A stretch of DNA of 64,000 nucleotides, taken from positions 3,692-67,691 of the forward strand of contig JAFTWG010000012.1 of the NCBI GenBank assembly GCA_017465405.1, written 5' to 3'. Within the stretch, counting starts at the first letter, position 1. Each line of letters begins with the position of its first letter. The stretch comes from Alphaproteobacteria bacterium. GTDB taxonomy: Bacteria; Pseudomonadota; Alphaproteobacteria; RF32; CAG-239. The translations under genes were made by a program, and so were the position numbers. The notes beneath the pieces were generated by a model. The model saw only the letters and a list, made by a program, of their open reading frames with translations. It searched no databases and was not told the origin of the DNA. This document shows positions 48,961 through 58,496 of the stretch, in pieces.

Positions 48961-49307
48961 TACAAAACACTTTATACTACTCAAGAGGGGCTATCGAAGA
49001 AATTATAATATATACATACTTGACACCTACAAGTTTTACTTTTAAGGATGTTTCAAAGAATATTGTACTCAGTACCCCAAACAAATGTGATCTCATCGAA
49101 AATGAACAAGATAAAGTAACCCTAAAATGCAAAGTTGATAAGTTTGGCGAACCCGCTATTTATTATTTGCAATTTAAAATTAAGAACACCAAAGATAGTG
49201 ACTGCACAAAAATCGTAACTTATTTGGCTTATAATGATATCAAAAAGCTAGATTCACATATTTCCGGATGTGTTGTCCATTCTGATAAACAGGCAGATAA
49301 AAATTAA
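48858..49307 (+). CDS. lipoprotein paralog B, 149 aa
   Basis: MKKHIILCLTFLLSACSLFNYYDKEFKNPIFYQP... Lipobox LLSAC. Confidence 0.65.
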   Translation: MKKHIILCLTFLLSACSLFNYYDKEFKNPIFYQPIQNTLYYSRGAIEEIIIYTYLTPTSFTFKDVSKNIVLSTPNKCDLIENEQDKVTLKCKVDKFGEPAIYYLQFKIKNTKDSDCTKIVTYLAYNDIKKLDSHISGCVVHSDKQADKN

Positions 49308-51568
49308 AATCTGTTACTGTTTATATTTCCTTTTAATATTGCCGGAATATCGTTAAAATTGCTCACATTTTGCCAGATGGAAGCAACTCTTTCTGCCGAA
49401 TAAGTTTTATAACAAAAATCTACCCGATAAAAATCTGCTTTTATCTGTTTGGCTTCTTTAGCAATGCAAAACGGCTTCTCATCAAATACAAAAGTTTGAC
49501 AATTTTTAGATAATGCCCAATAAGTTTTTCCGTCTTTTTGCAACATCATCCAACGAGTACCTTTCAAGCATTTTGCACACGGATTTTCTCTAATACAAAC
49601 TGCACTAGAAAATAGCGGAATATCCTGATAAATCGGCAAAACCACCGCTAACGGAGATTTTTTTGCTAAATCTTTCATATTATCAATAGTATCTTCTACC
49701 GACATAGATATTCTAGATACAGATATTTCTTTCGCCATATTAATAGCCTGTGTATTCATCATATAAAGACTATTATCAAAAGCCAAATCTATCCCTTTAT
49801 TCGGTAAAACTTCTAATCCCCACCAATTACCGATAGTCCATTTTTTATAGCCTTGAGCTAGGATTTTTTCGGCAACTTTAGCCAATACGGCAGAATTACG
49901 AGCTAATGCCGGCAAAACAATTCTTACTTTGGTTTTGGGAAGTTTTTTTAAGCACTCAATATCAAAATCGGCATTTATCAAAACTTCTACTTCTGCAACA
50001 GTTTCTAAATCTATTTTTGCCAAATTATCAACATTGTCTGTTCTGATAATCCATTTAGGTTCGTTTACTTTTCTTGGCTCTGAAACCTCTGGCAATTCGC
50101 CCTTTTTACCGTTAATTTCTATTTTAGTGTATAAACCGCGTCGCAATTCGTTTAACATTGACATTGGCACAAAAAGATGCTGCAAGTTATTGATATGCAA
50201 GTTTTTCAAGGTAAAAAGTGTATCTCCGGTTTTATTAAAAGCCTTTTGTACGGCATCATTCATCTTTTCAACATTTTCGGTTGGAGAAAACTCTCCTTCG
50301 ATACAAAATTCTGCCCCATTACCGCTTGCTTTTATAACATTCGGCAAAATACTGACCTCAACATCTATATCATAGCGGCGGCTATACTCCCCTGACTTCG
50401 GACGAGAATAATCATAACTACCTTTTACTTCACTTGCCGAAGCTAAATATATTTTCTGCCCTTTTTCTATGCCGAAAGTTTTTGCGGGAAGTTGCACAGT
50501 CACTTCATCGCCTACATTAGCCTCAAAAACTCTTTGCCCTTTTACCGTCATATTTTGCAATGAAAATCCGAATGGTTTTTCCTGTCCCGGAATATCAATT
50601 TGCAATCCATCGTGACGAGCTATTTTGTGATATGCTTTAAAGACAATTTTACCTTTTACAATTTGATTAATTTTTCCGATATGCAAACCACGATGACCGA
50701 CAAAATCTCTATCCACAACTTCCTTATTTTTGCCGTTGAACATAAATTTGCACCAAGGGCGAGAGAATATTTGTTTAATGTTCTCTTCTTTTTGAGCGAT
50801 AGCACCTTTACCATCTAAAATATTTCGATAATAATCAGTAACGGCAGCAACATACAAAGCATTTTTCTTACGTCCCTCAATTTTTAGTGATGTTACCGGC
50901 ATCTTCAATATATCTTGTTGTAAAGCCATATCTTTCATTGAAAAATAGTGCATTTCACCGGCTTCACCCATAAACAACGAACGACAAGGATATAAACATT
51001 TTCCCCTATTGGCGCTACGACCGCTATCTATTGACGAAAACAAACATAACCCGCTATAAGAATAGCATAATGCACCATGTATAAATGCTTCTGTTTCCAA
51101 TCCCTTAATTGAGGCAATATCCTTAATTTCGGCCAGTGAGAGTTCTCGAGCCAACACTACTCGCTTAAACCCGAGTTTTTGCAAGGCTAATGCCCCCTGT
51201 TTATTGTGTACCGCCATTTGCGTACTTGCGTGTAACTCCAATTCCGGATATTTATCACGAATAACTTTTGCCACACCTAAATCTTGTAAAATTACACCGT
51301 CAACTCGACAATTTGAACATATGTCCAAGCTTTTTATCAACTCCGGAAGCTCATTTTCTTGAACCAAAGTATTGATAGCTGCATATACTTTACGCTTCAA
51401 ACTATGAGCATATCCGACAAATTCGCTCAATTCTTCTTCGCTGAAATTAACCGCAGTGGCTCGTGCCGAAAAATGTTTTAACCCTAAATATACCGCATCA
51501 GCACCATAATATATGGCCGCATAACCTGCTTCAATATCTCCGGCAGGAGCTAATAGTTCTTTCTTCAT
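49304..51568 (-). CDS. U32 family peptidase, double-domain (754 aa)
   Basis: N-terminal LLAPAGDIEAGYAAIYYGADAVYLG U32 signature. Second U32-like half. Confidence 0.8.
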   Translation of the reverse strand: MKKELLAPAGDIEAGYAAIYYGADAVYLGLKHFSARATAVNFSEEELSEFVGYAHSLKRKVYAAINTLVQENELPELIKSLDICSNCRVDGVILQDLGVAKVIRDKYPELELHASTQMAVHNKQGALALQKLGFKRVVLARELSLAEIKDIASIKGLETEAFIHGALCYSYSGLCLFSSIDSGRSANRGKCLYPCRSLFMGEAGEMHYFSMKDMALQQDILKMPVTSLKIEGRKKNALYVAAVTDYYRNILDGKGAIAQKEENIKQIFSRPWCKFMFNGKNKEVVDRDFVGHRGLHIGKINQIVKGKIVFKAYHKIARHDGLQIDIPGQEKPFGFSLQNMTVKGQRVFEANVGDEVTVQLPAKTFGIEKGQKIYLASASEVKGSYDYSRPKSGEYSRRYDIDVEVSILPNVIKASGNGAEFCIEGEFSPTENVEKMNDAVQKAFNKTGDTLFTLKNLHINNLQHLFVPMSMLNELRRGLYTKIEINGKKGELPEVSEPRKVNEPKWIIRTDNVDNLAKIDLETVAEVEVLINADFDIECLKKLPKTKVRIVLPALARNSAVLAKVAEKILAQGYKKWTIGNWWGLEVLPNKGIDLAFDNSLYMMNTQAINMAKEISVSRISMSVEDTIDNMKDLAKKSPLAVVLPIYQDIPLFSSAVCIRENPCAKCLKGTRWMMLQKDGKTYWALSKNCQTFVFDEKPFCIAKEAKQIKADFYRVDFCYKTYSAERVASIWQNVSNFNDIPAILKGNINSNRF

Positions 51569-51577
51569 TTCTTATTC

Positions 51578-53341
51578 CTATTTAAGTTGGCTTTTGTACA
51601 GTGAAGCATAAACACTATCTTCTTTGTTAAGCAGCTCTTCGTGAGTACCTGTTTCAACAATTTCGCCATAATTTACCACCACAATTCTATCTGCGTTGCG
51701 GACAGTAGAAAGGCGGTGAGCAATGATAAATACGGTTCGGTCTTTCATTAAATTGTCGATGGCTTGTTGAACAACAGCTTCCGATTTATTATCAAGAGCA
51801 GAGGTTGCTTCATCCAAAATAACTATCGGAGCATTTTTCAGAAAAGCACGAGCTATTGCAATACGTTGTTTTTGTCCGCCGGAAAGTAAAACTCCTCTTT
51901 CACCGATTTCAGTATCAAGCCCCTTATCCAGAGAAGCAATAAATTCGCTTAAACAAGAACTCTTAATCGCATTATTTATTTCTTCTTCCGTAACATTTTC
52001 TTTGCCCAACAAAATATTTTCACGAATAGTTCCGGCAAATAAAAAATTATCTTGGAAGACGATTGCTATTTTATCACGCAAACTGTTTAAATCATATTTT
52101 CTTACGTCGACACCATCAATCATAACGCTTCCGCTTTTTACATCATAAAAACGTGGCAATAAATTTACCAAAGTTGTTTTACCACCGCCGGAATTACCGA
52201 CAAAAGCGATTGTTTGACCGACATCAATAGACAAGTTAACATTCTTCAAAACAGGTTTATTTTTTACATAAGAAAAAGATACATCTTTATATTCGATTTT
52301 ATTCTTAACTTCTTTAAGCTCAACGGCATTAGGGGAATTATGAATGGCAGGAACACTTTTCATCAATGAAAATACCCTGTCCATCGCCATAAACGCTAAT
52401 TGAACATGATGAAAACTGTTACCGATAGATTTAATCGGGTTATATAGCATAATCAATGCAGTAATGAAAGAAACAAAGTTACCGGCAGTAATTTCCTGAT
52501 GAACAATCAAATAACTTCCGGTCCAGATAACGGCAGCTATTCCCAAAGACACGATAAAGTGCATCAGCGGAGACATCATTCCCATACGCTGCACCATCTT
52601 AATCCCCAGTCTGAACACCGATTTTAATGTAGAACGAAAACGCTTTCTTTGATAATCATACAAGTTATACGAAGTAATGATACGGTTACCGCTGAAAGTT
52701 TCATTATAGTGGCTCATTACCGCCGCACCGGAAAATACGGTCTTATCCATAATTCCTTTAATTCTGCGACGAACCGTAGTTAAGGGATATAAAGCACCAA
52801 ACAAAACTGCAACAGCAATCAAGGCCAACTGCCATGAGTTATAAAATAAAACACAGATTAGAGATATAGATGAAAATACACGAGTAGTAAAAAGTTTGAG
52901 GTTAGATAAAAGGCCGTTACATGCGGCATCAACATCATTATTGTAGCGAAACATAACATTTCCTGATGTTGTAGTGTCAAAAAACTTGGCATCGCATAAC
53001 ATCAATTTATCAAACAAATCCATTTTGACATCATTGGCAATTTTGCGTCCGACCCAAGTATTGAGATAAGTTGCGGCATAGTTTAAAGAACTTTGCAAAC
53101 AGCTGAAAACAATAATGAGAATAGGAATATAGTTAGTTGCACTGGTAGTTTTTTCAACCATAACCACATCCATATATGGTTTCAATGACCAAGCAATAAC
53201 AGCATCCATGGAACCGATAGGAATAGTAATTAAAACTGACACCAATCCTCTTAGCCAATAAGGTTTTACATATGGCCACATATTGCGATAGTTCCGCACA
53301 AAATTGAGTGTCATCAATTTATCTTTAATTTTCTTGAACAT
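51578..53341 (-). CDS. msbA: ABC transporter permease/ATPase, MsbA-like (lipid A/lipid flippase family)
   Basis: Six-TM domain plus NBD with GNSGGGKTT, LSGGQKQRIAIARAF, ILDEATSALD. Confidence 0.75.
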   Translation of the reverse strand: MFKKIKDKLMTLNFVRNYRNMWPYVKPYWLRGLVSVLITIPIGSMDAVIAWSLKPYMDVVMVEKTTSATNYIPILIIVFSCLQSSLNYAATYLNTWVGRKIANDVKMDLFDKLMLCDAKFFDTTTSGNVMFRYNNDVDAACNGLLSNLKLFTTRVFSSISLICVLFYNSWQLALIAVAVLFGALYPLTTVRRRIKGIMDKTVFSGAAVMSHYNETFSGNRIITSYNLYDYQRKRFRSTLKSVFRLGIKMVQRMGMMSPLMHFIVSLGIAAVIWTGSYLIVHQEITAGNFVSFITALIMLYNPIKSIGNSFHHVQLAFMAMDRVFSLMKSVPAIHNSPNAVELKEVKNKIEYKDVSFSYVKNKPVLKNVNLSIDVGQTIAFVGNSGGGKTTLVNLLPRFYDVKSGSVMIDGVDVRKYDLNSLRDKIAIVFQDNFLFAGTIRENILLGKENVTEEEINNAIKSSCLSEFIASLDKGLDTEIGERGVLLSGGQKQRIAIARAFLKNAPIVILDEATSALDNKSEAVVQQAIDNLMKDRTVFIIAHRLSTVRNADRIVVVNYGEIVETGTHEELLNKEDSVYASLYKSQLK

Positions 53342-53416
53342 TTACATTCTTCATAAAAGTTAACTTTGTCCGCATACTATACAATTTTTAATAATTTGCC
53401 AAGACATTTTATATAC

Positions 53417-53647
53417 TTATTTACACAGCTCTAATTCTTGTCTTAACTTATTAATTTTTTCAAGCCATTGCCACAAAAAAGGAGCCTGCTCAAAACTGAT
53501 TTGAACAAGCTCTTCTGCAACTTTTACTCCTGCTTTCGGATATACGGGACAATAATACTCATAATTGGTTTTTGCGCATGAGTTCAAGCAAATTGTTACG
53601 ACCGATATTAGGACTGCCGTATATTTTTGATTTTTTCTTTTCAACAT
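53417..53647 (-). CDS. o-spanin-like small lipoprotein (Rz1-like), embedded/overlapping arrangement
   Basis: Lipobox ICLNSC. 76 aa. Overlaps the 3' end of the preceding TM-protein ORF in another frame. Confidence 0.45.
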   Translation of the reverse strand: MLKRKNQKYTAVLISVVTICLNSCAKTNYEYYCPVYPKAGVKVAEELVQISFEQAPFLWQWLEKINKLRQELELCK

Positions 53648-53861
53648 ATTTTATTACCTCTATTTGTTCGGTTATAATTTTAGTTTTGGCATGAGAGCGT
53701 CCCAAAAAATATGAAAACAATACAAGCGCAAAAATAAATATTAAATATGTCACAATCCTAACCACGATAAAACATCCCTCCCCGCCAAACACAAAGCCAG
53801 TATCATACCCCATAAAAGCCAATAAATTTTTTTGTGTTTTATCGCCAAAGCAAATAACCAT
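53559..53861 (-). CDS. i-spanin-like protein (Rz-like), N-terminal TM plus charged periplasmic tail. Start uncertain (ATG 53861 or TTG 53867)
   Basis: TM IVVRIVTYLIFIFALVLFSYFLG then ITEQIEVIKYVEKKK. Overlapped by the lipoprotein ORF. An alternative-frame 59-aa ORF with a strong RBS also exists here (see rejected). Confidence 0.4.
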   Translation of the reverse strand: MVICFGDKTQKNLLAFMGYDTGFVFGGEGCFIVVRIVTYLIFIFALVLFSYFLGRSHAKTKIITEQIEVIKYVEKKKSKIYGSPNIGRNNLLELMRKNQL

Positions 53862-53909
53862 CGCCAAAACTTATAACAACAATTTTGATGTTCCGTCATA
53901 ACTTCCTCC

Positions 53910-53941
53910 AACAAAAAAGACACGAAAAAAATTTCGTGTCT
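53910..53941 (-). terminator. intrinsic terminator inside the lysis region (minus strand)
   Basis: Minus strand AGACACGAAA-ttttt-TTCGTGTCT followed by TTTTTTG. Confidence 0.65.
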
Positions 53942-54095
53942 TTATTAAAAAAAATATCTTATAATCAAGGTAAGTTTTTTATCTCACCCGTTAAAAATAA
54001 AAATATGATTCCAATAACCCACAGGCAAAAATAAATAACTATTATCCAAGCTAAAGTTAATGATATATATTTAGGAGCTTTATATATATATTTAG

Positions 54096-54524
54096 TTATT
54101 TTTTCCATACATTATTCTTCCAATCCAAATTACTTAGCCATATTCTACAATCTTTATAAGGATTATTCAATCCCCAATTTATACCTTCCATATTATTTTT
54201 CATATCCTTATAAGAATCTTGTATACTTTCACTCCAAGGCATATCTCCTACAACAGATTTATTATAAATATCATATGCTTCTTTCAGCATTCCCAGAGAC
54301 CACCCCTTAGTTGGAGCCATAATATCACCTTTTCCCAGTCTTTGTCCAACTTCACACATTCCTAATCTATGATAATAATTATCAAGACCATTTGCTGCTC
54401 CTGAACCATATTGTCGAACAAGTCTTTTTCCCTCATTTTTCAATTTTACTTGATTGTCATTTAAAATTTTATATTCCGGCATCCAACCTAATACAACATC
54501 TGCTACTCTTTTTATATTTGTCAT
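54096..54524 (-). CDS. hypothetical protein, 142 aa, within lysis cassette
   Basis: Clean ORF between the endolysin and the spanins. Trp-rich. No motif recognised. Confidence 0.5.
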   Translation of the reverse strand: MTNIKRVADVVLGWMPEYKILNDNQVKLKNEGKRLVRQYGSGAANGLDNYYHRLGMCEVGQRLGKGDIMAPTKGWSLGMLKEAYDIYNKSVVGDMPWSESIQDSYKDMKNNMEGINWGLNNPYKDCRIWLSNLDWKNNVWKK

Positions 54525-54534
54525 AACTTCCTCC

Positions 54535-54976
54535 TTATTTTATATCATTGTAAAATAAATGATTTTTAGTTTCATAACACGGGCTATGATGTTTAGCCCA
54601 TTTCGGTTTTATCTGTTTGGTATGATAAAAAGTCGCATTATTGGTAAAATCTGACAACTCGCCATCAATCGCTTTTTTTGCTATTTTAATACAACAGACA
54701 AAAGCTTTGTCTTTTTCATTTACCGTCATCAGTTTAGAATAATTTACATCGTTTTTATTCCAACAACTGAATTGTGCTTTTTTCAAACAGGTTGCTTTTA
54801 TATCCGCAACTTTTTGACCTTCTTCAATCCTATATCCCGTAAACCATTTTTTTGCCTTAAAACGATTAATTATCACTCGAGCAACGGCCTCTATCCCCTC
54901 TGCTCCGTCCCCCCTTGCTTCTCCCCACAAAGTTCTGGCCATAATTTGCAAATCACCCCACTCGTCAATTTTCATT
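54535..54976 (-). CDS. endolysin, SleB/CwlJ-type cell-wall hydrolase (Hydrolase_2 family). Track ORF extends to 55026
   Basis: ARTLWGEARGDGAEGIEAVARVIINR family signature. Confidence 0.75.
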
Positions 54977-55264
54977 TTTACCGACCTTTCTTTTGCAATT
55001 AAGCAACAAATCAAGTTTGCTTTCAAAACTGTCGAACTTACTTTCCAGTTTTGCCAACATAATATTTTGGTGATTTTGCATCATCATAATTGAAGCTGTT
55101 TCTTTATCTGTCTTATCCACTCTCTGCATAATCCCTGACAAACGTTCTTCCAAACGTCCTTTCCAAGTTCCGACTTTTACTAAATTCCACAACATTCCCG
55201 CCAAAGCAGAAATTCCGGAAACAGCACCGATCACATTTATAAATTCCATTTGTTTTCTCCACAA
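54965..55264 (-). CDS. holin candidate, 99 aa, single TM
   Basis: TM FINVIGAVSGISALAGMLWNLV followed by a charged tail. Immediately upstream of and overlapping the endolysin. Preceded by a terminator/promoter gap. Confidence 0.55.
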   Translation of the reverse strand: MWRKQMEFINVIGAVSGISALAGMLWNLVKVGTWKGRLEERLSGIMQRVDKTDKETASIMMMQNHQNIMLAKLESKFDSFESKLDLLLNCKRKVGKNEN

Positions 55265-55287
55265 AAAAAAGGGGCATTTCTGCCCCG
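55262..55287 (-). terminator. terminator separating structural genes from the lysis cassette (minus strand)
   Basis: Minus strand GGGGCA-gaaa-TGCCCC followed by TTTTTTTT. Confidence 0.75.
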
Positions 55288-55575
55288 TTATTCTTTCGGA
55301 TAATCTGTTTTTATTTTACTTATTGTATCCGCCCATATATTAGTTTGATTTACTTTATCCCAATAAATCATATCAAGTTGTTCTCCGATATCAGGATACG
55401 CCATTCGACGTTTGGCTTGATAATCGGGTTCTTTTTTTTCTGACTTTTCCGCAAAATAAAAATCTCCTTTCTCTACAATTTTATATTGATTTTGATTACA
55501 CCACTCCGCCCATTTTTGATAAATTTCCGTATTAAACTCTTTTTTTTTCATAACAAAATTTACAAAATCAATCAT
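55288..55575 (-). CDS. hypothetical phage protein, 95 aa
   Basis: ORF in the structural block. Confidence 0.45.
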   Translation of the reverse strand: MIDFVNFVMKKKEFNTEIYQKWAEWCNQNQYKIVEKGDFYFAEKSEKKEPDYQAKRRMAYPDIGEQLDMIYWDKVNQTNIWADTISKIKTDYPKE

Positions 55576-55584
55576 TTTTATCTC

Positions 55585-56307
55585 CTAAAATCCTATTGCC
55601 AACCAATGCCAAGCTGACGTTGCAAAACAATAATATGAAAACCCAGTAGTTTGCAGTTCCCTTATTATCAACGTAGCAACTTGATTTGTGCTGGCTGTCG
55701 AATATCTTGAAGTCGTCAAAGTATACACCGTTGTGTTAAACGGTTGCGGATAACTTATGCTTCCTTCTGTTTCGGTATACACTTTTCCCCATTGAATCAA
55801 AAATCCGTTGGCAAACTTCAAATGGTTAGTTCCTTTTTCAACTAAATTGAAGCCGTTTATAAATTCCGTCGTTGCCACATTGTTTGAAATATCGTCAACC
55901 GCAGGTGTTACTGCTTTTAACAAGCCCAAAAATTCTTTATCCCCCAAAATTGTTTGTCCATCTTCAACAGTTACTATTTTTTCCAATCTGGTATCAATAT
56001 CTGCAATTCCGCTTTCAACCACCGAATTAATATCATTACGCCCTTCTGCCACTATTTCAGCTGCTTCTTGCACATAATTTTTAACTTCCTGTTTTGAATT
56101 TTCTAATTCATCAAACAACAATTTTTCTTTATCTGCCACATAGTCGTCAATTTCAGGTTTAGATTTTTCATCTACATAATATTGAATTTCTTCTTCTCCC
56201 GATTTTATGTAGCTGACATCAACTTCAGTTTCTAAACACACCTCATTTTGAAAAAAAACATCAAAATCTTTTGAGGCATAATTTTCAAAAATATTAATTT
56301 CCGTCAT
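55585..56307 (-). CDS. phage structural protein, 240 aa (possible fibre/receptor-binding protein)
   Basis: Acidic N-terminal half and beta-rich C-terminal half. Position beside the tail-collar gene. Confidence 0.4.
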   Translation of the reverse strand: MTEINIFENYASKDFDVFFQNEVCLETEVDVSYIKSGEEEIQYYVDEKSKPEIDDYVADKEKLLFDELENSKQEVKNYVQEAAEIVAEGRNDINSVVESGIADIDTRLEKIVTVEDGQTILGDKEFLGLLKAVTPAVDDISNNVATTEFINGFNLVEKGTNHLKFANGFLIQWGKVYTETEGSISYPQPFNTTVYTLTTSRYSTASTNQVATLIIRELQTTGFSYYCFATSAWHWLAIGF

Positions 56308-56656
56308 CGCCTACCTCTGCACTAATTTGAAATATTGCATTTGAAGTTAAATCTTGCGGAAAAATTGTATGTACATCTCCATTTTTGAAAATAATTTCAA
56401 TGTTAGCAGCATAAATACCCGCCTCTTGCTCAGAGTGTTTCGGCAAAATTTTAATTCTGGCTTTTCCGTTTACGCCATCAATTATTTCTCCGATAATTTT
56501 GAATTTTAGAATTTTATCCTTATCCTGTACGGTTAAAAGTATTTTGCTTTCACTTATATCAATCGGAGTTCCGTTTTTATTCTTAAATTGCATAACAATA
56601 TCAAAACTGTCACCCTGTCTGACTAAAATACTGTTAGTAGTCATAATTCCTGCCAT
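56294..56656 (-). CDS. hypothetical phage protein, 120 aa
   Basis: Clean ORF whose start overlaps the collar gene's stop. Confidence 0.45.
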   Translation of the reverse strand: MAGIMTTNSILVRQGDSFDIVMQFKNKNGTPIDISESKILLTVQDKDKILKFKIIGEIIDGVNGKARIKILPKHSEQEAGIYAANIEIIFKNGDVHTIFPQDLTSNAIFQISAEVGDDGN

Positions 56657-56657
56657 A

Positions 56658-57431
56658 TCAATCCTCCTTTGCCTTAATAAAGTAATTTAATGCAATATTT
56701 TTCATTCTTATTTCCGAAGAACGCCCATAAACCGAGTTTGATTTCGTTGCACTAAAATTAACGATTGAAAAATTTTTACCGGCATCAAGACCGCCGTCAT
56801 ATTTTCCGGTTACTGAAGATGAACTGAATGCTCCGGTTAATGACGAAGAATATTCTGCCGCACCTCCGGCAAAACGACCGCCGATATTCGGAGCACCATC
56901 TTGTTGATAGCTTCCAAATTTTCGGTCGGCATCCAATCCTCGTCCTTTATCAAGACCTCTGACAACCACACCTCGACAATCGGGAAGGTTAAAAGTAGTT
57001 ACGCCATTTCCCTTACCAAAGGCCGTTCCTATCGCCTCAAATAATATCTCATATTCTTCACGTTCAACTTCACGACCATCGCATAACAACCAGTTTTTAT
57101 GGTCTTTTTGCAAAGCAGAGCATTTGATGTCACCTACACATAATGTTTGATTTATTTTGTCGGTAACATCGTTTTTTGCTTCTTCTAATTGTTGTTTATT
57201 AATTGCATCGTTTACAGAAGTTGCTTTTCCGACATTATTAATTCTGAAACCGCCCAAATTTAAATTTGCTTCCATCGGAACTAAGCCGTTACGTAACAAA
57301 CACTCGTTTAATCCTTGTGCAAAATTATCATCTTCTTCATCATGATGATCACTGACAATATCAATATCGTCTATTCTGTCTTGTTCCCAGTTATGTAAAC
57401 GATAAAATTTTCCTTGTGAATCAAAAGGCAT
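56658..57431 (-). CDS. tail fibre protein with phage tail-collar domain
   Basis: LLCDGREVEREEYEILFEAIGTAFGKGNGVTTFNLPDCRGVVVRG matches the tail-collar (Phage_T4_gp12-like) motif. Confidence 0.7.
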   Translation of the reverse strand: MPFDSQGKFYRLHNWEQDRIDDIDIVSDHHDEEDDNFAQGLNECLLRNGLVPMEANLNLGGFRINNVGKATSVNDAINKQQLEEAKNDVTDKINQTLCVGDIKCSALQKDHKNWLLCDGREVEREEYEILFEAIGTAFGKGNGVTTFNLPDCRGVVVRGLDKGRGLDADRKFGSYQQDGAPNIGGRFAGGAAEYSSSLTGAFSSSSVTGKYDGGLDAGKNFSIVNFSATKSNSVYGRSSEIRMKNIALNYFIKAKED

Positions 57432-57434
57432 TCT

Positions 57435-58496
57435 TTATTCCTCCTCTTTTTGACAAGCAATGTCATATCGAACCGACAAATAGCCGTCTTCGTTTTCAAA
57501 AACCGCTTCAGGTTTAGTTTTAGCAACTTCTTGTGCCAATAAGCCGATTTGCGGCATATTGGAACCGACAAAATTAAAACAATAAACCGTTAATCCGTTA
57601 TCAAGTTTACCGACTGCTTTAACATTTTCTTTTAATCTTGCATCAGAAAACATCGCTGCCACTTGTGCTGCTGTTAATGCAGCATTTAATCCGGCTTGAG
57701 CCTGATCATTAGAATTTATTTGCTCTGCATTGGATATTCTATTATCTATCCCATGCCTTACTCCATAAATATTCATCGCATTGTCATATCCCGAATACGA
57801 ACCTTGTAATTGCGAGAGTATTTGGCTGATATAATTACTTCGAGCATTATTATTGAAATTTCCGGCAGTTATGGAATCAGCTAAACTTTTTGAATAAGCA
57901 TTTTGACCATTTAAAACCGAATTGTATGCAGCTTGGTTATATGCACTATTTTGCGAATTTTGCAGATTTGTCATCGCATTGTTATAGGCATCACTACCAA
58001 CCATAATTCCTTGATTTTGCAATCGGCTTTCCAAGTCATTTGTTTGTTGCGAAAATTGTGGTTGAAGCTTATCAATATACGATTGATATGTTGCTTGCTC
58101 TGCCCTTTTTCTTGCCTCATCAGAACCGTTTACATTAAAAGTATAATTATTTGCATTTGGCAAATTTTGACTCATCATATATGCGTTGTTTACCAAATTT
58201 TTTAAAGTATTATCATAGAGTTGCGTGTCATAATTATTCAAATATTTTAATATATTTCTTTCCGACCCCAACATGGAAGTATTTTGCGATCCCACACCCA
58301 ACATACTCCCGATAGTTTTAAAACCGCTCGACATTTTATTTCTCCTTTTTAGAATTATTGATAAATTTACATTCATTGCGTAACATTCCGAAAACGAACA
58401 CATCTTGTCCGTTATCTCGAAATTGCCGCATTTTTCCTTCTTTTTTAAAACCGCACCTTTTAGCCAAAGATATTGAGGATTTATTTCTTGTATCAA
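57435..58496 (-). CDS. tail fibre/spike protein with C-terminal peptidase-S74 intramolecular chaperone domain
   Basis: C-terminal SDARLKENVKAVGKLDNGLTVYCF...IGLLAQEVAKTKPEAV...GYLSVRYD matches the endosialidase-chaperone autoproteolytic domain. Confidence 0.7.
   Translation of the reverse strand: MIQEINPQYLWLKGAVLKKKEKCGNFEITDKMCSFSECYAMNVNLSIILKRRNKMSSGFKTIGSMLGVGSQNTSMLGSERNILKYLNNYDTQLYDNTLKNLVNNAYMMSQNLPNANNYTFNVNGSDEARKRAEQATYQSYIDKLQPQFSQQTNDLESRLQNQGIMVGSDAYNNAMTNLQNSQNSAYNQAAYNSVLNGQNAYSKSLADSITAGNFNNNARSNYISQILSQLQGSYSGYDNAMNIYGVRHGIDNRISNAEQINSNDQAQAGLNAALTAAQVAAMFSDARLKENVKAVGKLDNGLTVYCFNFVGSNMPQIGLLAQEVAKTKPEAVFENEDGYLSVRYDIACQKEEE

Noticed and set aside
53716-53895. 59-aa ORF with strong RBS in an alternative frame over the i-spanin candidate
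   Set aside because: Cannot co-exist with the Rz-like frame. Without conservation data I kept the spanin-pair interpretation at low confidence and list this as the competing model, not as a feature.
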